From positions 11,414 through 75,413 of the forward strand of contig CAMCCC010000006.1 in the NCBI GenBank assembly GCA_945873205.1: a stretch of DNA of 64,000 bases, in the 5' to 3' direction. A program made the translations under genes and the position numbers. Under the pieces are notes generated by a model. That model did no database searches and was not told the DNA's origin. It saw nothing but the letters and a program-made list of their open reading frames with translations. Of the stretch, positions 55,380-64,000 are shown one piece after another (position 1 is the first letter of the stretch; every line of letters starts with the position of its first letter). Source of the stretch: an uncultured bacterium (GTDB lineage: Bacteria > Bacillota > Clostridia > Oscillospirales > Oscillospiraceae).

Positions 55380-55529
55380 CCAGCGCTCCGAAGACAGCAG
55401 GTGGCTTTTGGCCGTAAATCCTGCCGAGGACATCAACAATATCTTGATTGTTTTTGTGTCCTTGCGTCTTTATGATGCAGGGGCTTTCTTTATGAGCGTG
55501 TAATCATTCGTGTGGAGGTGAAAACACAC
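55380..55529 (+). promoter_or_regulatory. long 5' leader of rplJ (possible L10-leader autoregulatory RNA)
   Basis: A ~150-nt untranslated leader lies between the promoter and the rplJ RBS (GGAGGTG). Its position matches the Firmicute L10 leader, but I did not verify the structure. Confidence 0.35.
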
Positions 55530-56066
55530 ATGCCTAACGCAAAGGTTCTTAGCGAGAAACAGGCGATCGTGGAGGCTCTGGCCGAGCGTATCAAGAACGC
55601 CAGCGCCGGCGTCCTGGTTGACTACAAGGGTATCACCGTGGCCGAGGACACCGCACTGCGTACCGAGCTGCGCAAGGATGAGGTCAACTACACTGTCGTC
55701 AAGAACACCCTGACCAGAAAGGCTCTGGACAAGCTGGGGATGACCGAACTGGATGAGGTCCTCAACGGCACCACCTCTCTGGCCACCGCCGAGAATGATC
55801 CCATCGCTCCTTTCCGCATCCTCAACGACTACAGCAAGAAGCTGGGTGACCGCTTCAACATCAAGGCCGCCTTCATGGACGGCAAGGTGCTGAGCGCGTC
55901 TGAGATCGCCGAGATGGCAGAGCTGCCCTCCAAGGACGCTCTGTACGCAAAGGTTCTGGGTACCATGATCGCACCCATCACCGGTCTGGCCGTATGTCTG
56001 GGTCAGATTCTGGAGCAGAAGGGCGGCTCCCTGGAGGCCCCCGCTGCCGAAGCTGCTGCTGAATAA
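55530..56066 (+). CDS. rplJ: 50S ribosomal protein L10
   Basis: ORF track 55512..56066, trimmed to ATG 55530. MPNAKVLSEKQAIVEALAERIKNASAGVLVDYKGITVAEDTALR. Confidence 0.94.
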   Translation: MPNAKVLSEKQAIVEALAERIKNASAGVLVDYKGITVAEDTALRTELRKDEVNYTVVKNTLTRKALDKLGMTELDEVLNGTTSLATAENDPIAPFRILNDYSKKLGDRFNIKAAFMDGKVLSASEIAEMAELPSKDALYAKVLGTMIAPITGLAVCLGQILEQKGGSLEAPAAEAAAE

Positions 56067-56099
56067 GCAGGTAACAACATTGATTTGGAGGAAAAAACA

Positions 56100-56468
56100 A
56101 TGAGTGAAAAAATCGCCGCTATGATCGAAGAGATCAAGGCTCTTTCCGTTCTTGAGCTCAGCGAGCTCGTCCACGCTCTGGAGGAAACCTTCGGTGTTTC
56201 CGCCGCTGCTGTCGCCGCCGGCCCCGCCGTCGCTGCCGGCCCCGTTGTCGAAGAGAAGACCGAGTTTGACGTTGTCATGACCGAGTTCGGCGCTGAGAAG
56301 ATCAAGGTCATCAAGGAAGTCCGCGGCATCACCGGTCTGGGTCTGGCTGAGGCCAAGGCTCTGGTCGAGGGCGTGCCTGCCAAGATCAAGGAAGGCGTTT
56401 CCAAGGAAGACGCTGAGGCTCTCAAGGCTCAGCTGGAGGCTGTTGGCGCCAAGGTCGAGATCAAGTAA
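56100..56468 (+). CDS. rplL: 50S ribosomal protein L7/L12
   Basis: ORF track 56085..56468, trimmed to ATG 56100. [29 protein letters not shown]...[24 protein letters not shown]...[10 protein letters not shown]. Confidence 0.95.
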   Translation: MSEKIAAMIEEIKALSVLELSELVHALEETFGVSAAAVAAGPAVAAGPVVEEKTEFDVVMTEFGAEKIKVIKEVRGITGLGLAEAKALVEGVPAKIKEGVSKEDAEALKAQLEAVGAKVEIK

Positions 56469-56489
56469 TTTATTTCGATGCCAAACCAA

Positions 56490-56524
56490 AATCCCCGCAC
56501 GATTTTTCGTGCGGGGATTTTTAT
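56490..56524 (+). terminator. intrinsic terminator after rplL
   Basis: aatccccgcacg-attttt-cgtgcggggatt followed by TTTTA. Confidence 0.8.
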
Positions 56525-56595
56525 AACCCGTAAAGTTGCACAATAATCGGGGGCTTTTCTTGGCAAAAATGTCTGGAATGGCCCGGCCATAAATC

Positions 56596-56625
56596 TTGAC
56601 ACAGGCTTGAATTTTATGATATGTT
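56596..56625 (+). promoter_or_regulatory. sigma-A type promoter of the pur operon
   Basis: TTGACA (56596-56601), 18 nt ending in TGa, TATGTT (56620-56625). Confidence 0.5.
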
Positions 56626-56649
56626 ACTTCCTGTAAAACAAAGAGGTAT

Positions 56650-56765
56650 TTTGGCTCTGACGGTATACAGAGTGGAGCACCACGTGGACCATCTTACCTG
56701 GAAATTGCCGACCGTCTGGGCGTACTCGATACCTTGCGAGGGTGTTGGAGTGCGCCCTTTTTGTT
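56650..56765 (+). promoter_or_regulatory. ZTP (pfl-motif) riboswitch with terminator expression platform
   Basis: GACGGU (56659-56664) is complementary to ACCGUC (56711-56716), the pseudoknot equivalent of GGCG/CGCC in the consensus, and is followed by the conserved CUGGGC (56716-56721). There is a small hairpin GUGG-AGCA-CCAC (56672-56683). The terminator GGGCGUACUC (56718-56727) / GAGUGCGCCC (56748-56757) plus UUUUU shares its 5' arm with the conserved 3' aptamer element. Confidence 0.65.
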
Positions 56766-56796
56766 TTACCAATCTATTCTTTCTGGAGGTCAAGCC

Positions 56797-57282
56797 ATGA
56801 AAAAAGTTGGTCTGATCATGGGCAGCACCAGCGACCTGCCCACCGTTCAGAAAGCCGCCGACGTTCTGGAGGAGTTCGGCGTGCCCTATGAGATGCACAT
56901 CTATTCCGCCCACCGCACCCCTGTGGAAGCCCGGGAGTTCTGCACTTCCGCCCGCGCCAAGGGCTTCGGCGTGATCATCGCCGCCGCCGGCATGGCCGCC
57001 CATCTGGCAGGGGCCATGGCCGCCGGCACCACCCTGCCGGTGATCGGCATCCCCATCAGCTCCGCCCATCTGGACGGGCTGGACGCCCTTTTGTCCACGG
57101 TGCAGATGCCCTCCGGCATCCCTGTGGCCACGGTAGCCATCGACGGGGCCAAGAACGCCGCCATCCTGGCCGTGGAAATGCTGGCCCTCAGTGACGAGGC
57201 ACTCACCGAAAAGCTGGAGGCCTTCCGGGCCAAAGGCACCGAGGAAGCCCTGGCCAAGGACCGGGCGCTGAACGCCAAATAA
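56797..57282 (+). CDS. purE: 5-(carboxyamino)imidazole ribonucleotide mutase / AIR carboxylase (PurE)
   Basis: ORF track 56734..57282, trimmed to ATG 56797 (GGAGG RBS). [17 protein letters not shown]...YSAHRTP...[13 protein letters not shown]...PVIGIP. Confidence 0.93.
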   Translation: MKKVGLIMGSTSDLPTVQKAADVLEEFGVPYEMHIYSAHRTPVEAREFCTSARAKGFGVIIAAAGMAAHLAGAMAAGTTLPVIGIPISSAHLDGLDALLSTVQMPSGIPVATVAIDGAKNAAILAVEMLALSDEALTEKLEAFRAKGTEEALAKDRALNAK

Positions 57283-57325
57283 GAATCCATCATCACACCG
57301 AAAAACTGACAGGAGAGAATTGAAA

Positions 57326-58003
57326 ATGGAACTGGTATACACCGGAAAGACCAAGAATGTTTACGCCCTGGAAAACGGCAACTACCTGCTGAAGTTCAAA
57401 GACGACTGCACCGGCAAGGACGGCAAGTTTGACCCCGGTGAGAATTCCGTGGGCCTCACCATTGAGGGCGTGGGCCGGGTCAACCTGCAGATGTCCGTCT
57501 ACTTCTTCGAGAAGCTGAGAGAGGCCGGTATCAAGACCCACTATGTCTCCGCCAATCTGGAGGAGTGCACCATGGAGGTGCTGCCCGCCCGGGTCTTTGG
57601 CCACGGGCTGGAGGTCATCTGCCGCCGCAAGGCCGTGGGCAGCTTTATCCGCCGCTACGGCGATTACATCGAGTCCGGCGCCGCCCTGCCCTGCTATGTG
57701 GAGACCACCTTCAAGGACGACGCCAAGGGCGACCCCCTGGTGACCAAGGACGCCCTGGTGGCTCTCGGCGTGATGACCGACGGGCAGTATGACTCCCTCA
57801 AGGAGCAGACCCAGCGCATCACCATGATCGTTCAGGACGAGATGGCCAAGCGGGGCATGGACCTGTACGACATCAAGTTCGAGTTCGGTTATGTGGGCGA
57901 TGAGGTCATTCTCATTGATGAGATTGCCTCCGGCAACATGCGGGTCTATAAGGACGGGGAGTATGTGGAGCCCATGACCCTCTCCCGGCTGTTCTTCGCT
58001 TAA
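57326..58003 (+). CDS. purC: phosphoribosylaminoimidazole-succinocarboxamide (SAICAR) synthase
   Basis: ORF track 57320..58003 (TTG), trimmed to ATG 57326 (AGGAGAG RBS). [16 protein letters not shown]..., [30 protein letters not shown]. Confidence 0.9.
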   Translation: MELVYTGKTKNVYALENGNYLLKFKDDCTGKDGKFDPGENSVGLTIEGVGRVNLQMSVYFFEKLREAGIKTHYVSANLEECTMEVLPARVFGHGLEVICRRKAVGSFIRRYGDYIESGAALPCYVETTFKDDAKGDPLVTKDALVALGVMTDGQYDSLKEQTQRITMIVQDEMAKRGMDLYDIKFEFGYVGDEVILIDEIASGNMRVYKDGEYVEPMTLSRLFFA

Positions 58004-59424
58004 TGGGCGGCTTTTTCGGCGCCATATCCCGGCGCGACGCAGTATTGGACGTTTTCTTCGGCACCGACTATCACTCCCATCTGGGTACCCGCCGGGCCGG
58101 TATGGTCATGTATGACAGCAAAGACGGTTTCCAGCGTCAGATTCATAACATCGAAAATTCCCCCTTCCGCTCCAAGTTTGAAAACGACCTGGCAGATTTC
58201 CACGGCCAGAGCGGCATCGGCTGTATCAGCGACACGGACCCCCAGCCCCTGCTGGTGCGCTCCCATCTGGGGCTTTACGCTATCACCACCGTGGGCATCA
58301 TCAGCAATGCCGATAAGCTGATCGAGACCTATTTCTCCCAGCGGGGCCATCAGTTCATGGCCATGAGCAGCGGCGCCGTCAACGCCACCGAGCTGGTGGC
58401 CGGGCTAATCAACCAGAAGGACTCCCTGGTGGAGGGCATCCGCCACGCCCAGGACGTGATCGAAGGTTCCGCCACCATCCTGATCCTCACCAGGGATGGC
58501 ATCATCGCCGCCCGGGACAAGCTGGGCCGTCTGCCGGTGCTTGTGGGCAGGAACGAGGATGGCTACTGCGTCTCCTTTGAGTCCTTCGCCTATCACAAGC
58601 TGGGCTATAACGACGAGCACGAGCTGGGCCCCCGGGAGATCGTCCGCATCACCGCCGACGGCTGGGAGACCCTGTCTCCCCCGGGAGAGGAGATGCGCAT
58701 CTGCGCCTTCCTCTGGACCTACTACGGCTACCCCAACTCCAACTACGAGGGCAAGAACGTGGAGCTGATGCGCTACCGCAACGGCGAGCTGATCGCCAAG
58801 GCCGAGGCGGAGCGTGGCACCATGCCGGACGTGGACTATGTGGCCGGGGTGCCGGATTCCGGCCTGCCCCACGCCATCGGCTACGCCAACTACAGCCACA
58901 AGCCCTTCGCCCGGCCCTTCGTCAAGTACACCCCCACCTGGCCCCGATCCTTCATGCCGGCCAACCAGCAGGTGCGCAACCAGGTGGCCAAGATGAAGCA
59001 GATCCCGGTGCCGGAGCTGATCCAGGGCAAGAAGCTGCTGTTCGTGGACGATTCCATCGTCCGGGGCACCCAGCTGCAGGAGACCATTGATTTCCTCTAT
59101 GAGTCCGGGGCCAAGGAAGTGCATATGCGCTCGGCCTGCCCGCCCATCATGTACGGCTGCAAGTACCTGAACTTCTCCCGCAGCAACTCCGACATGGAGC
59201 TGATCGCCCGGCGCACCGTGCAGGAGCTGGAGGGCGATGAGGGGCAGAAGCATCTGGACGAATACGCCGACGCCAGCACCGAAAGGGGCCAGTGCCTGCT
59301 GCACAGCATCTGTGACAAGCTGGGCTTCAGCTCCCTGGGCTATCAGTCCCTGGACAACCTGCTGGAGGCCATCGGCATCGACCGCAGCAAGGTCTGCACC
59401 TATTGCTGGAACGGCAAGGAATAA
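58003..59424 (+). CDS. purF: amidophosphoribosyltransferase homologue lacking the N-terminal nucleophile Cys
   Basis: ORF track, 473 aa; the ATG overlaps the purC TAA (TAATG). PRTase domain VAGVPDSGLPHA...LLFVDDSIVRGTQ and CPPIMYGCKY. The N-terminus is MGGFFG instead of MCG(I/V)xG. Confidence 0.75.
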   Translation: MGGFFGAISRRDAVLDVFFGTDYHSHLGTRRAGMVMYDSKDGFQRQIHNIENSPFRSKFENDLADFHGQSGIGCISDTDPQPLLVRSHLGLYAITTVGIISNADKLIETYFSQRGHQFMAMSSGAVNATELVAGLINQKDSLVEGIRHAQDVIEGSATILILTRDGIIAARDKLGRLPVLVGRNEDGYCVSFESFAYHKLGYNDEHELGPREIVRITADGWETLSPPGEEMRICAFLWTYYGYPNSNYEGKNVELMRYRNGELIAKAEAERGTMPDVDYVAGVPDSGLPHAIGYANYSHKPFARPFVKYTPTWPRSFMPANQQVRNQVAKMKQIPVPELIQGKKLLFVDDSIVRGTQLQETIDFLYESGAKEVHMRSACPPIMYGCKYLNFSRSNSDMELIARRTVQELEGDEGQKHLDEYADASTERGQCLLHSICDKLGFSSLGYQSLDNLLEAIGIDRSKVCTYCWNGKE

Positions 59425-59449
59425 CATTTAAAGTATAAGGAGAGGCAAC

Positions 59450-60490
59450 ATGAGCAACAGTCATTCCGATTCTTACGCTGCCGCCGGGGTGGACATCACC
59501 GCCGGCTACCGGGCAGTTGAACTGATGAAAAGCCACATCGCCCGCACCATGACCGCGGGGGTATGCTCCGACGTGGGGGGCTTCGGCGGCCTGTTCGAGC
59601 TGGACGTCACCGGCATGGAGAAGCCGGTGCTGGTCAGCGGCACCGACGGCGTGGGCACCAAGCTGAAGCTGGCTTTCCTCATGGATAAGCATGACACCGT
59701 GGGCATCGACTGTGTTGCCATGTGTGTCAACGATATCATCTGCTGCGGCGCAAAGCCCCTGTTCTTCCTGGACTATATCGCCTGCGGCAAAAACGTGCCG
59801 GAGCGCATCGCCCAGATCGTCGCCGGCGTGGCCGAGGGCTGCGTCCAGAGCGGAGCCGCTCTCATCGGCGGCGAGACCGCCGAGATGCCCGGCTTCTACC
59901 CGGCAGACGAGTACGACCTGGCGGGCTTCTCCGTGGGCGTGGTGGACAAGAAGGCCATCATCGACAACAGCAGCATGACTAAGGGCGACGTGGTCATCGC
60001 CCTGCCCTCCAGCGGCGTGCACTCCAACGGCTTCTCCCTGGTGCGCAAGGTCTTTGACGTGGAGAACAAGGATATCAAGACCCCTCTGGAAAGCCTGGGC
60101 GGCAAGAGCATCGGCGAGACCCTGCTGACCCCCACCAAAATCTACGTCAAGCCCATGCTGGAGCTGTTCAAGGCCGTGACGGTCAAGGGCGTGTCCCACA
60201 TCACCGGCGGCGGCTTCTACGAGAACATCCCCCGCAGCATCCCCGACGGTCTGGGCGCTGTCATCGACCGCGCCGCCGTGCGCATCCTGCCCATCTTTGA
60301 GCTGATCCAAAAGACCGGCAGTATCCCCGAGCGGGACATGTTCAACACCTTCAACATGGGCGTGGGCATGAGCGTGGTGGTCTCCGAGCAGGAGGCCGAC
60401 AAGGCCCTCGCCATTCTCCGCGCCAACGGCCAGGACGCCTATGTTATCGGCCATGTGGCCGAGAGCCAGGACAAGGTGCAGATATGCTGA
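59450..60490 (+). CDS. purM: phosphoribosylformylglycinamidine cyclo-ligase (AIR synthase)
   Basis: ORF track, 346 aa. [12 protein letters not shown]...[12 protein letters not shown]...[10 protein letters not shown]...GGETAEMPG. Confidence 0.94.
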   Translation: MSNSHSDSYAAAGVDITAGYRAVELMKSHIARTMTAGVCSDVGGFGGLFELDVTGMEKPVLVSGTDGVGTKLKLAFLMDKHDTVGIDCVAMCVNDIICCGAKPLFFLDYIACGKNVPERIAQIVAGVAEGCVQSGAALIGGETAEMPGFYPADEYDLAGFSVGVVDKKAIIDNSSMTKGDVVIALPSSGVHSNGFSLVRKVFDVENKDIKTPLESLGGKSIGETLLTPTKIYVKPMLELFKAVTVKGVSHITGGGFYENIPRSIPDGLGAVIDRAAVRILPIFELIQKTGSIPERDMFNTFNMGVGMSVVVSEQEADKALAILRANGQDAYVIGHVAESQDKVQIC

Positions 60491-61098
60491 AAGCCAGAAT
60501 TGCGGTTTTCGTCTCCGGCGGCGGCACCAATCTTCAGGCCCTGATCGACGCGGAGAAAAGCGGCCTGCTTCCCAGCGGGCACATTTGCCTGGTGGTGTCC
60601 AACAAGGCGGATGCCTATGCTTTGGAGCGGGCCAGGCAGGCGGGCATCCCCGCCGTGACCCTGCTGCGGAAAGACTGCGGCGGTCAGGAGGGCTTTGAAG
60701 CCGCTTTAATAGCGCTTTTGGCGCGGGAAAAGATCGATCTGATCATCCTGGCAGGCTTCATGAGCATCCTCAGTGAGAATTTTACCAGCCGCTTCCCGGA
60801 GCGAATCCTCAACGTGCACCCCTCCCTGATTCCCTCCTTCTGCGGCAAGGGTTTCTATGGCCTGCGCGTGCATGAGGCGGCCCTGGCCTACGGGGTGAAA
60901 GTCACCGGGGCCACGGTGCATTTTGTCAACGAAATTCCCGACGGCGGCCGGATCCTTCTCCAGCAGGCCGTCAGCGTTCTGCCCGGGGACACCCCGGAAG
61001 TCCTGCAAAAGCGGGTGATGGAGCAGGCGGAATGGAAGCTCCTGCCCCAGGCGGCGGAAATGGTTGCCGCGGAAATCATAAAAGGGAGAGCCGAATAA
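60484..61098 (+). CDS. purN: phosphoribosylglycinamide formyltransferase
   Basis: ORF track, 204 aa. [17 protein letters not shown]...LAGFM...[12 protein letters not shown]...GATVHFV. Confidence 0.93.
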   Translation: MLKARIAVFVSGGGTNLQALIDAEKSGLLPSGHICLVVSNKADAYALERARQAGIPAVTLLRKDCGGQEGFEAALIALLAREKIDLIILAGFMSILSENFTSRFPERILNVHPSLIPSFCGKGFYGLRVHEAALAYGVKVTGATVHFVNEIPDGGRILLQQAVSVLPGDTPEVLQKRVMEQAEWKLLPQAAEMVAAEIIKGRAE

Positions 61099-61100
61099 AT

Positions 61101-61820
61101 ATGGACATTTATAAGATCAACGATATGGGCCAGCTCATCCAGGGCAACCCCTATGTGGGCCGGGGCATCGTCCTGGGCCGCTCTGCCGACGGCAGCAAGG
61201 CCGTCAGCGCCTATTTCATCATGGGCCGCAGCCAGAACAGCCGCAACCGGGTGTTCACCCTGCGCCATGGGGCCCTGTTTACCGAGCCCTTTGACGCCTC
61301 CAGGGTGGAGGATCCCAGCCTGATCATCTACGCCGCCCTGCGGATGCTGGACAACAAGCTGATCGTCACCAATGGCGACCAGACCGACACCATTTATGAC
61401 GGGCTGCAGGCCGGAATGACGTTCTCCCAGGCTCTCTCCCAGCGGCAGTTTGAGCCGGACGCTCCCAACCTGACCCCCCGCATCAGCGGCATGATCACCT
61501 TCGGCCAGGGCGACTTCAGCTATCAGATGAGCATCCTCAAGAGCGCTGACCGGTCAGGCTCCGCCTGCTGCCGCTACACCTTTGATTACCCCGCCCTGCC
61601 GGGTCTGGGGCATTTCATCCACACCTATGTCACTGACGGCAATCCCATCCCCACCTTCCAGGGCGAGCCGGAGCGGGTGGCCATCCCGGACAGCATCGAT
61701 GTGTTCACCGACACGGTGTGGAACAATCTGGACGAGAACAATAAGATTTCCCTCTATGTAAGATATACCGACCTTGCCACCGGCGCAATTGCCGAGCGGC
61801 TGATCAACAAGAATAAGTGA
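61101..61820 (+). CDS. stand-alone IMP cyclohydrolase (PurO-like, IMP_cyclohyd family)
   Basis: ORF track 61032..61820, trimmed to ATG 61101, directly after the purN stop. NPYVGRGIVLGRSADGSKAVSAYFIMGRSQNSRNR...TNGDQTD...PRISG pattern; located between purN and the AICARFT-only purH. Confidence 0.7.
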   Translation: MDIYKINDMGQLIQGNPYVGRGIVLGRSADGSKAVSAYFIMGRSQNSRNRVFTLRHGALFTEPFDASRVEDPSLIIYAALRMLDNKLIVTNGDQTDTIYDGLQAGMTFSQALSQRQFEPDAPNLTPRISGMITFGQGDFSYQMSILKSADRSGSACCRYTFDYPALPGLGHFIHTYVTDGNPIPTFQGEPERVAIPDSIDVFTDTVWNNLDENNKISLYVRYTDLATGAIAERLINKNK

Positions 61821-61829
61821 GGCACGATT

Positions 61830-63005
61830 ATGACGGAAATGGAACTGAAATACGGCTGCAACCCCAACCAGAAGCCTTCCCGCATCTTCATGAGAGAAGG
61901 GGAACTGCCCATCACCGTGTTAAACGGCAAGCCCGGTTACATCAATCTGCTGGACGCTTTCAACTCCTGGCAGCTGGTGCGGGAGCTGAAGCAGGCCACC
62001 GGTCTGCCCTCTGCCGCCTCCTTCAAGCACGTTTCCCCTGCCGGCGCCGCTGTGGGGCTGCCCCTCAGCGACATCGACCGGAAGATCTATTTCGTGGAGC
62101 AGGAAGGGGAGCTGTCCCCCATCGCCTGCGCCTACATCCGTGCCCGGGGCGCTGACCGGCTCTGCTCCTACGGCGACTGGGCCGCCCTCAGCGACGTCTG
62201 CGACGCGGACACCGCCAACTACCTGAAAGGTGAGGTTTCCGACGGCATCATCGCCCCCGGCTACACCGAGGAGGCCCTGGCCATCCTGCGGGAGAAGAAG
62301 AAGGGCAACTACAACGTGGTGCAGATCGATGCAGACTATGTTCCTGCCGAGATCGAGCGGAAGGACGTGTTCGGCGTCACCTTCGAGCAGGGGCGCAACA
62401 ACTACCGCATTGACCGGGAGCTGCTCACCAACATCGTCACCGTCAACAAGGATCTGCCCGACCAGGCGGCCATTGACATGATGGTGGCCCTGATCACCCT
62501 GAAATACACCCAGTCCAACTCCGTCTGCTATGTGAAGGACGGGCAGGCCATCGGCGTGGGCGCAGGCCAGCAGAGCCGCATCCACTGCACCCGCCTGGCC
62601 GGCAACAAGGCGGACAACTGGTATCTTCGCCAGCATCCCAAGGTGCTGGGCCTGCAGTTCGTGGAGGGTATCCGCCGCCCTGACCGGGACAACGCCATCG
62701 ACATCTACACCTCCGACGAGTACATGGACATTCTGGCCGAGGGCGAATGGCAGCAGTGGTTCGCCGTGAAGCCGGAGGTGCTCACCGCGGAGGAGAAGCG
62801 AGAGTGGGTCGCCACCCAGTCCGGCGTCACCTGCGGCAGCGACGCCTTCTTCCCCTTCGGCGACAATGTGAAGCGGGCCTACAAGAGCGGCGTGGAATAC
62901 ATCGTGGAGCCCGGCGGCAGCATCCGGGACGACAACGTGATTGAGACGGCGGACAGCTATGGCATGGTGATGTGCTTCACCGGCATGCGCCTGTTCCACC
63001 ACTGA
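61830..63005 (+). CDS. purH: AICAR formyltransferase (PurH C-terminal-domain-only form)
   Basis: ORF track, 391 aa. YGCNPNQKP...SFKHVSPAG...QIGVGAGQQSRIHCTRLA...GSDAFFPF..., with no MGS-like IMPCH domain. Confidence 0.85.
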   Translation: MTEMELKYGCNPNQKPSRIFMREGELPITVLNGKPGYINLLDAFNSWQLVRELKQATGLPSAASFKHVSPAGAAVGLPLSDIDRKIYFVEQEGELSPIACAYIRARGADRLCSYGDWAALSDVCDADTANYLKGEVSDGIIAPGYTEEALAILREKKKGNYNVVQIDADYVPAEIERKDVFGVTFEQGRNNYRIDRELLTNIVTVNKDLPDQAAIDMMVALITLKYTQSNSVCYVKDGQAIGVGAGQQSRIHCTRLAGNKADNWYLRQHPKVLGLQFVEGIRRPDRDNAIDIYTSDEYMDILAEGEWQQWFAVKPEVLTAEEKREWVATQSGVTCGSDAFFPFGDNVKRAYKSGVEYIVEPGGSIRDDNVIETADSYGMVMCFTGMRLFHH

Positions 63006-63024
63006 TATACAAAGGAGAAAGACT

Positions 63025-64000
63025 ATGAAGCTTCTTGTGGTCGGCGGCGGCGGCCGCGAACACGCCATCATCAAAAAGCTGAAAGAGAACCCGGAAGTGG
63101 AAAAGATTTTTGCCCTGCCCGGCAACGGCGGCATCGCCGCCGACGCGGAGTGCGTCCCCATCGGGGCCAAGGACATCCCGGCCATGGTGGCCTTCGCCCT
63201 GGAGCAGCAGGTGGACTACGCCGTGGTGGCTCCCGACGACCCCCTGGTGCTGGGGGCGGTGGACGCTCTGAATGAGAAGGGCATTCCCTGCTTCGGTCCC
63301 ACTGCCGCGGCGGCCCAGATCGAAGGCAGCAAGGTCTTTGCCAAGGACCTGATGAAGAAATACGGCATCCCCACCGCCGCCTATGAGAGCTTTGACGACG
63401 CGGCGGCGGCTCTGCGGTATCTGGACACGGCGGAAATGCCCATCGTGGTCAAGGCCGACGGTCTGGCTCTGGGCAAGGGCGTCATTATCGCTCAGACCCG
63501 GGAGGAGGCCAGACAGGCCGTTGTCTCCATGATGGAGGAGGGCATGTTCGGCCAGAGCGGCAGCCGGGTGGTCATTGAAGAGTTTCTCGCCGGGCCGGAG
63601 GTCTCCATCCTGTCCTTCACCGACGGGGAGACCGTGGTGCCCATGGTCTCCTCCATGGATCACAAGCGGGCCAGGGACAACGACCAGGGCCTGAACACCG
63701 GCGGCATGGGCACCGTGGCCCCCAACCCCTATTACACCGAGGCCATCGCCGCCCAGTGCATGGAGGAAATTTTCCTGCCTACCATCCGGGCTATGAAGGC
63801 CGAGGGCCGGCCCTTCCGGGGCTGCCTGTACTTCGGCCTGATGCTGACCCCCAAGGGGCCAAAAGTGATCGAATACAACTGCCGCTTCGGCGACCCGGAG
63901 ACCCAGGTGGTGCTGCCCCTTCTGGAAAGCGATCTGCTCACCGTGATGCGGGCCACCACCGAGGGGACTCTGGCCCAGACGGAAGTAAAATTCTCCGACA
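63025..64000 (+). CDS. purD: phosphoribosylamine--glycine ligase, N-terminal ~325 codons; runs off window end
   Basis: Absent from the ORF track because there is no stop inside the window. My translation from ATG 63025 (AAGGAGAAA RBS) reads MKLLVVGGGGREHAIIKKLKENP...VVKADGLALGKGV...DHKRA...NTGGMG...EYNCRFGDPE. Confidence 0.9.
   Translation, partial: MKLLVVGGGGREHAIIKKLKENPEVEKIFALPGNGGIAADAECVPIGAKDIPAMVAFALEQQVDYAVVAPDDPLVLGAVDALNEKGIPCFGPTAAAAQIEGSKVFAKDLMKKYGIPTAAYESFDDAAAALRYLDTAEMPIVVKADGLALGKGVIIAQTREEARQAVVSMMEEGMFGQSGSRVVIEEFLAGPEVSILSFTDGETVVPMVSSMDHKRARDNDQGLNTGGMGTVAPNPYYTEAIAAQCMEEIFLPTIRAMKAEGRPFRGCLYFGLMLTPKGPKVIEYNCRFGDPETQVVLPLLESDLLTVMRATTEGTLAQTEVKFSD

Noticed and set aside
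56640-56770. Purine (guanine/adenine) riboswitch upstream of purE.
   Set aside because: The leader lacks the purine-aptamer three-way junction pattern (UAUAAU...GGAUAUGG...CCGUAAAU-like elements). It instead shows the ZTP-type GACGGU/ACCGUC pseudoknot and the CUGGGC element.

Overview
This is a visibly GC-rich chromosomal segment with strong G/C at third codon positions and many long antisense shadow ORFs. It comes from a spore-forming Clostridia-type Firmicute. The proteins resemble Oscillospiraceae/Ruminococcaceae-like anaerobes, but that taxon is inference only. The window is almost entirely core housekeeping. In order it contains: addB (partial), a class-I aminotransferase, an NlpC/P60 lipoprotein, a small Nif11-like protein, a MarR plus heterodimeric ABC exporter operon, a Nudix hydrolase, rpsB-tsf, an aconitase-X (DUF521/DUF126) pair, CapA, a tight rarA-DUF951-GIY-YIG-acyltransferase operon, nth, an xre-membrane-ogt operon, threonine aldolase, two two-component systems, an S11 DD-carboxypeptidase, pepP-efp, a PIG-L deacetylase, glgCD / glgP-pfkB, pth, prs, prfB, a MATE exporter, a PrsA-like PPIase, tcdA, dgt-dnaG-rpoD, sigG, rplJL, and a ZTP-riboswitch-controlled purE-C-F-M-N-(purO-like)-purH-purD operon that runs off the window end. 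I found no rRNA, tRNA, CRISPR array, transposase, integrase, prophage or recognisable defence island. The most unusual observations are: (1) two intact, head-to-tail copies of the primary sigma factor gene after dnaG; (2) a PurF homologue whose N-terminal catalytic Cys and oxyanion Asn are replaced; (3) an unannotated 20-codon ORF with a complete set of expression signals upstream of the MATE gene; (4) a small Nif11-like gene driven by a perfect TTGACA-17-TATAAT promoter between the ABC exporter and the cell-wall hydrolase; (5) a stand-alone sigG with a forespore-type promoter. All calls rest on reading the sequence and ORF translations and on recalled family hallmarks. No database search was run.
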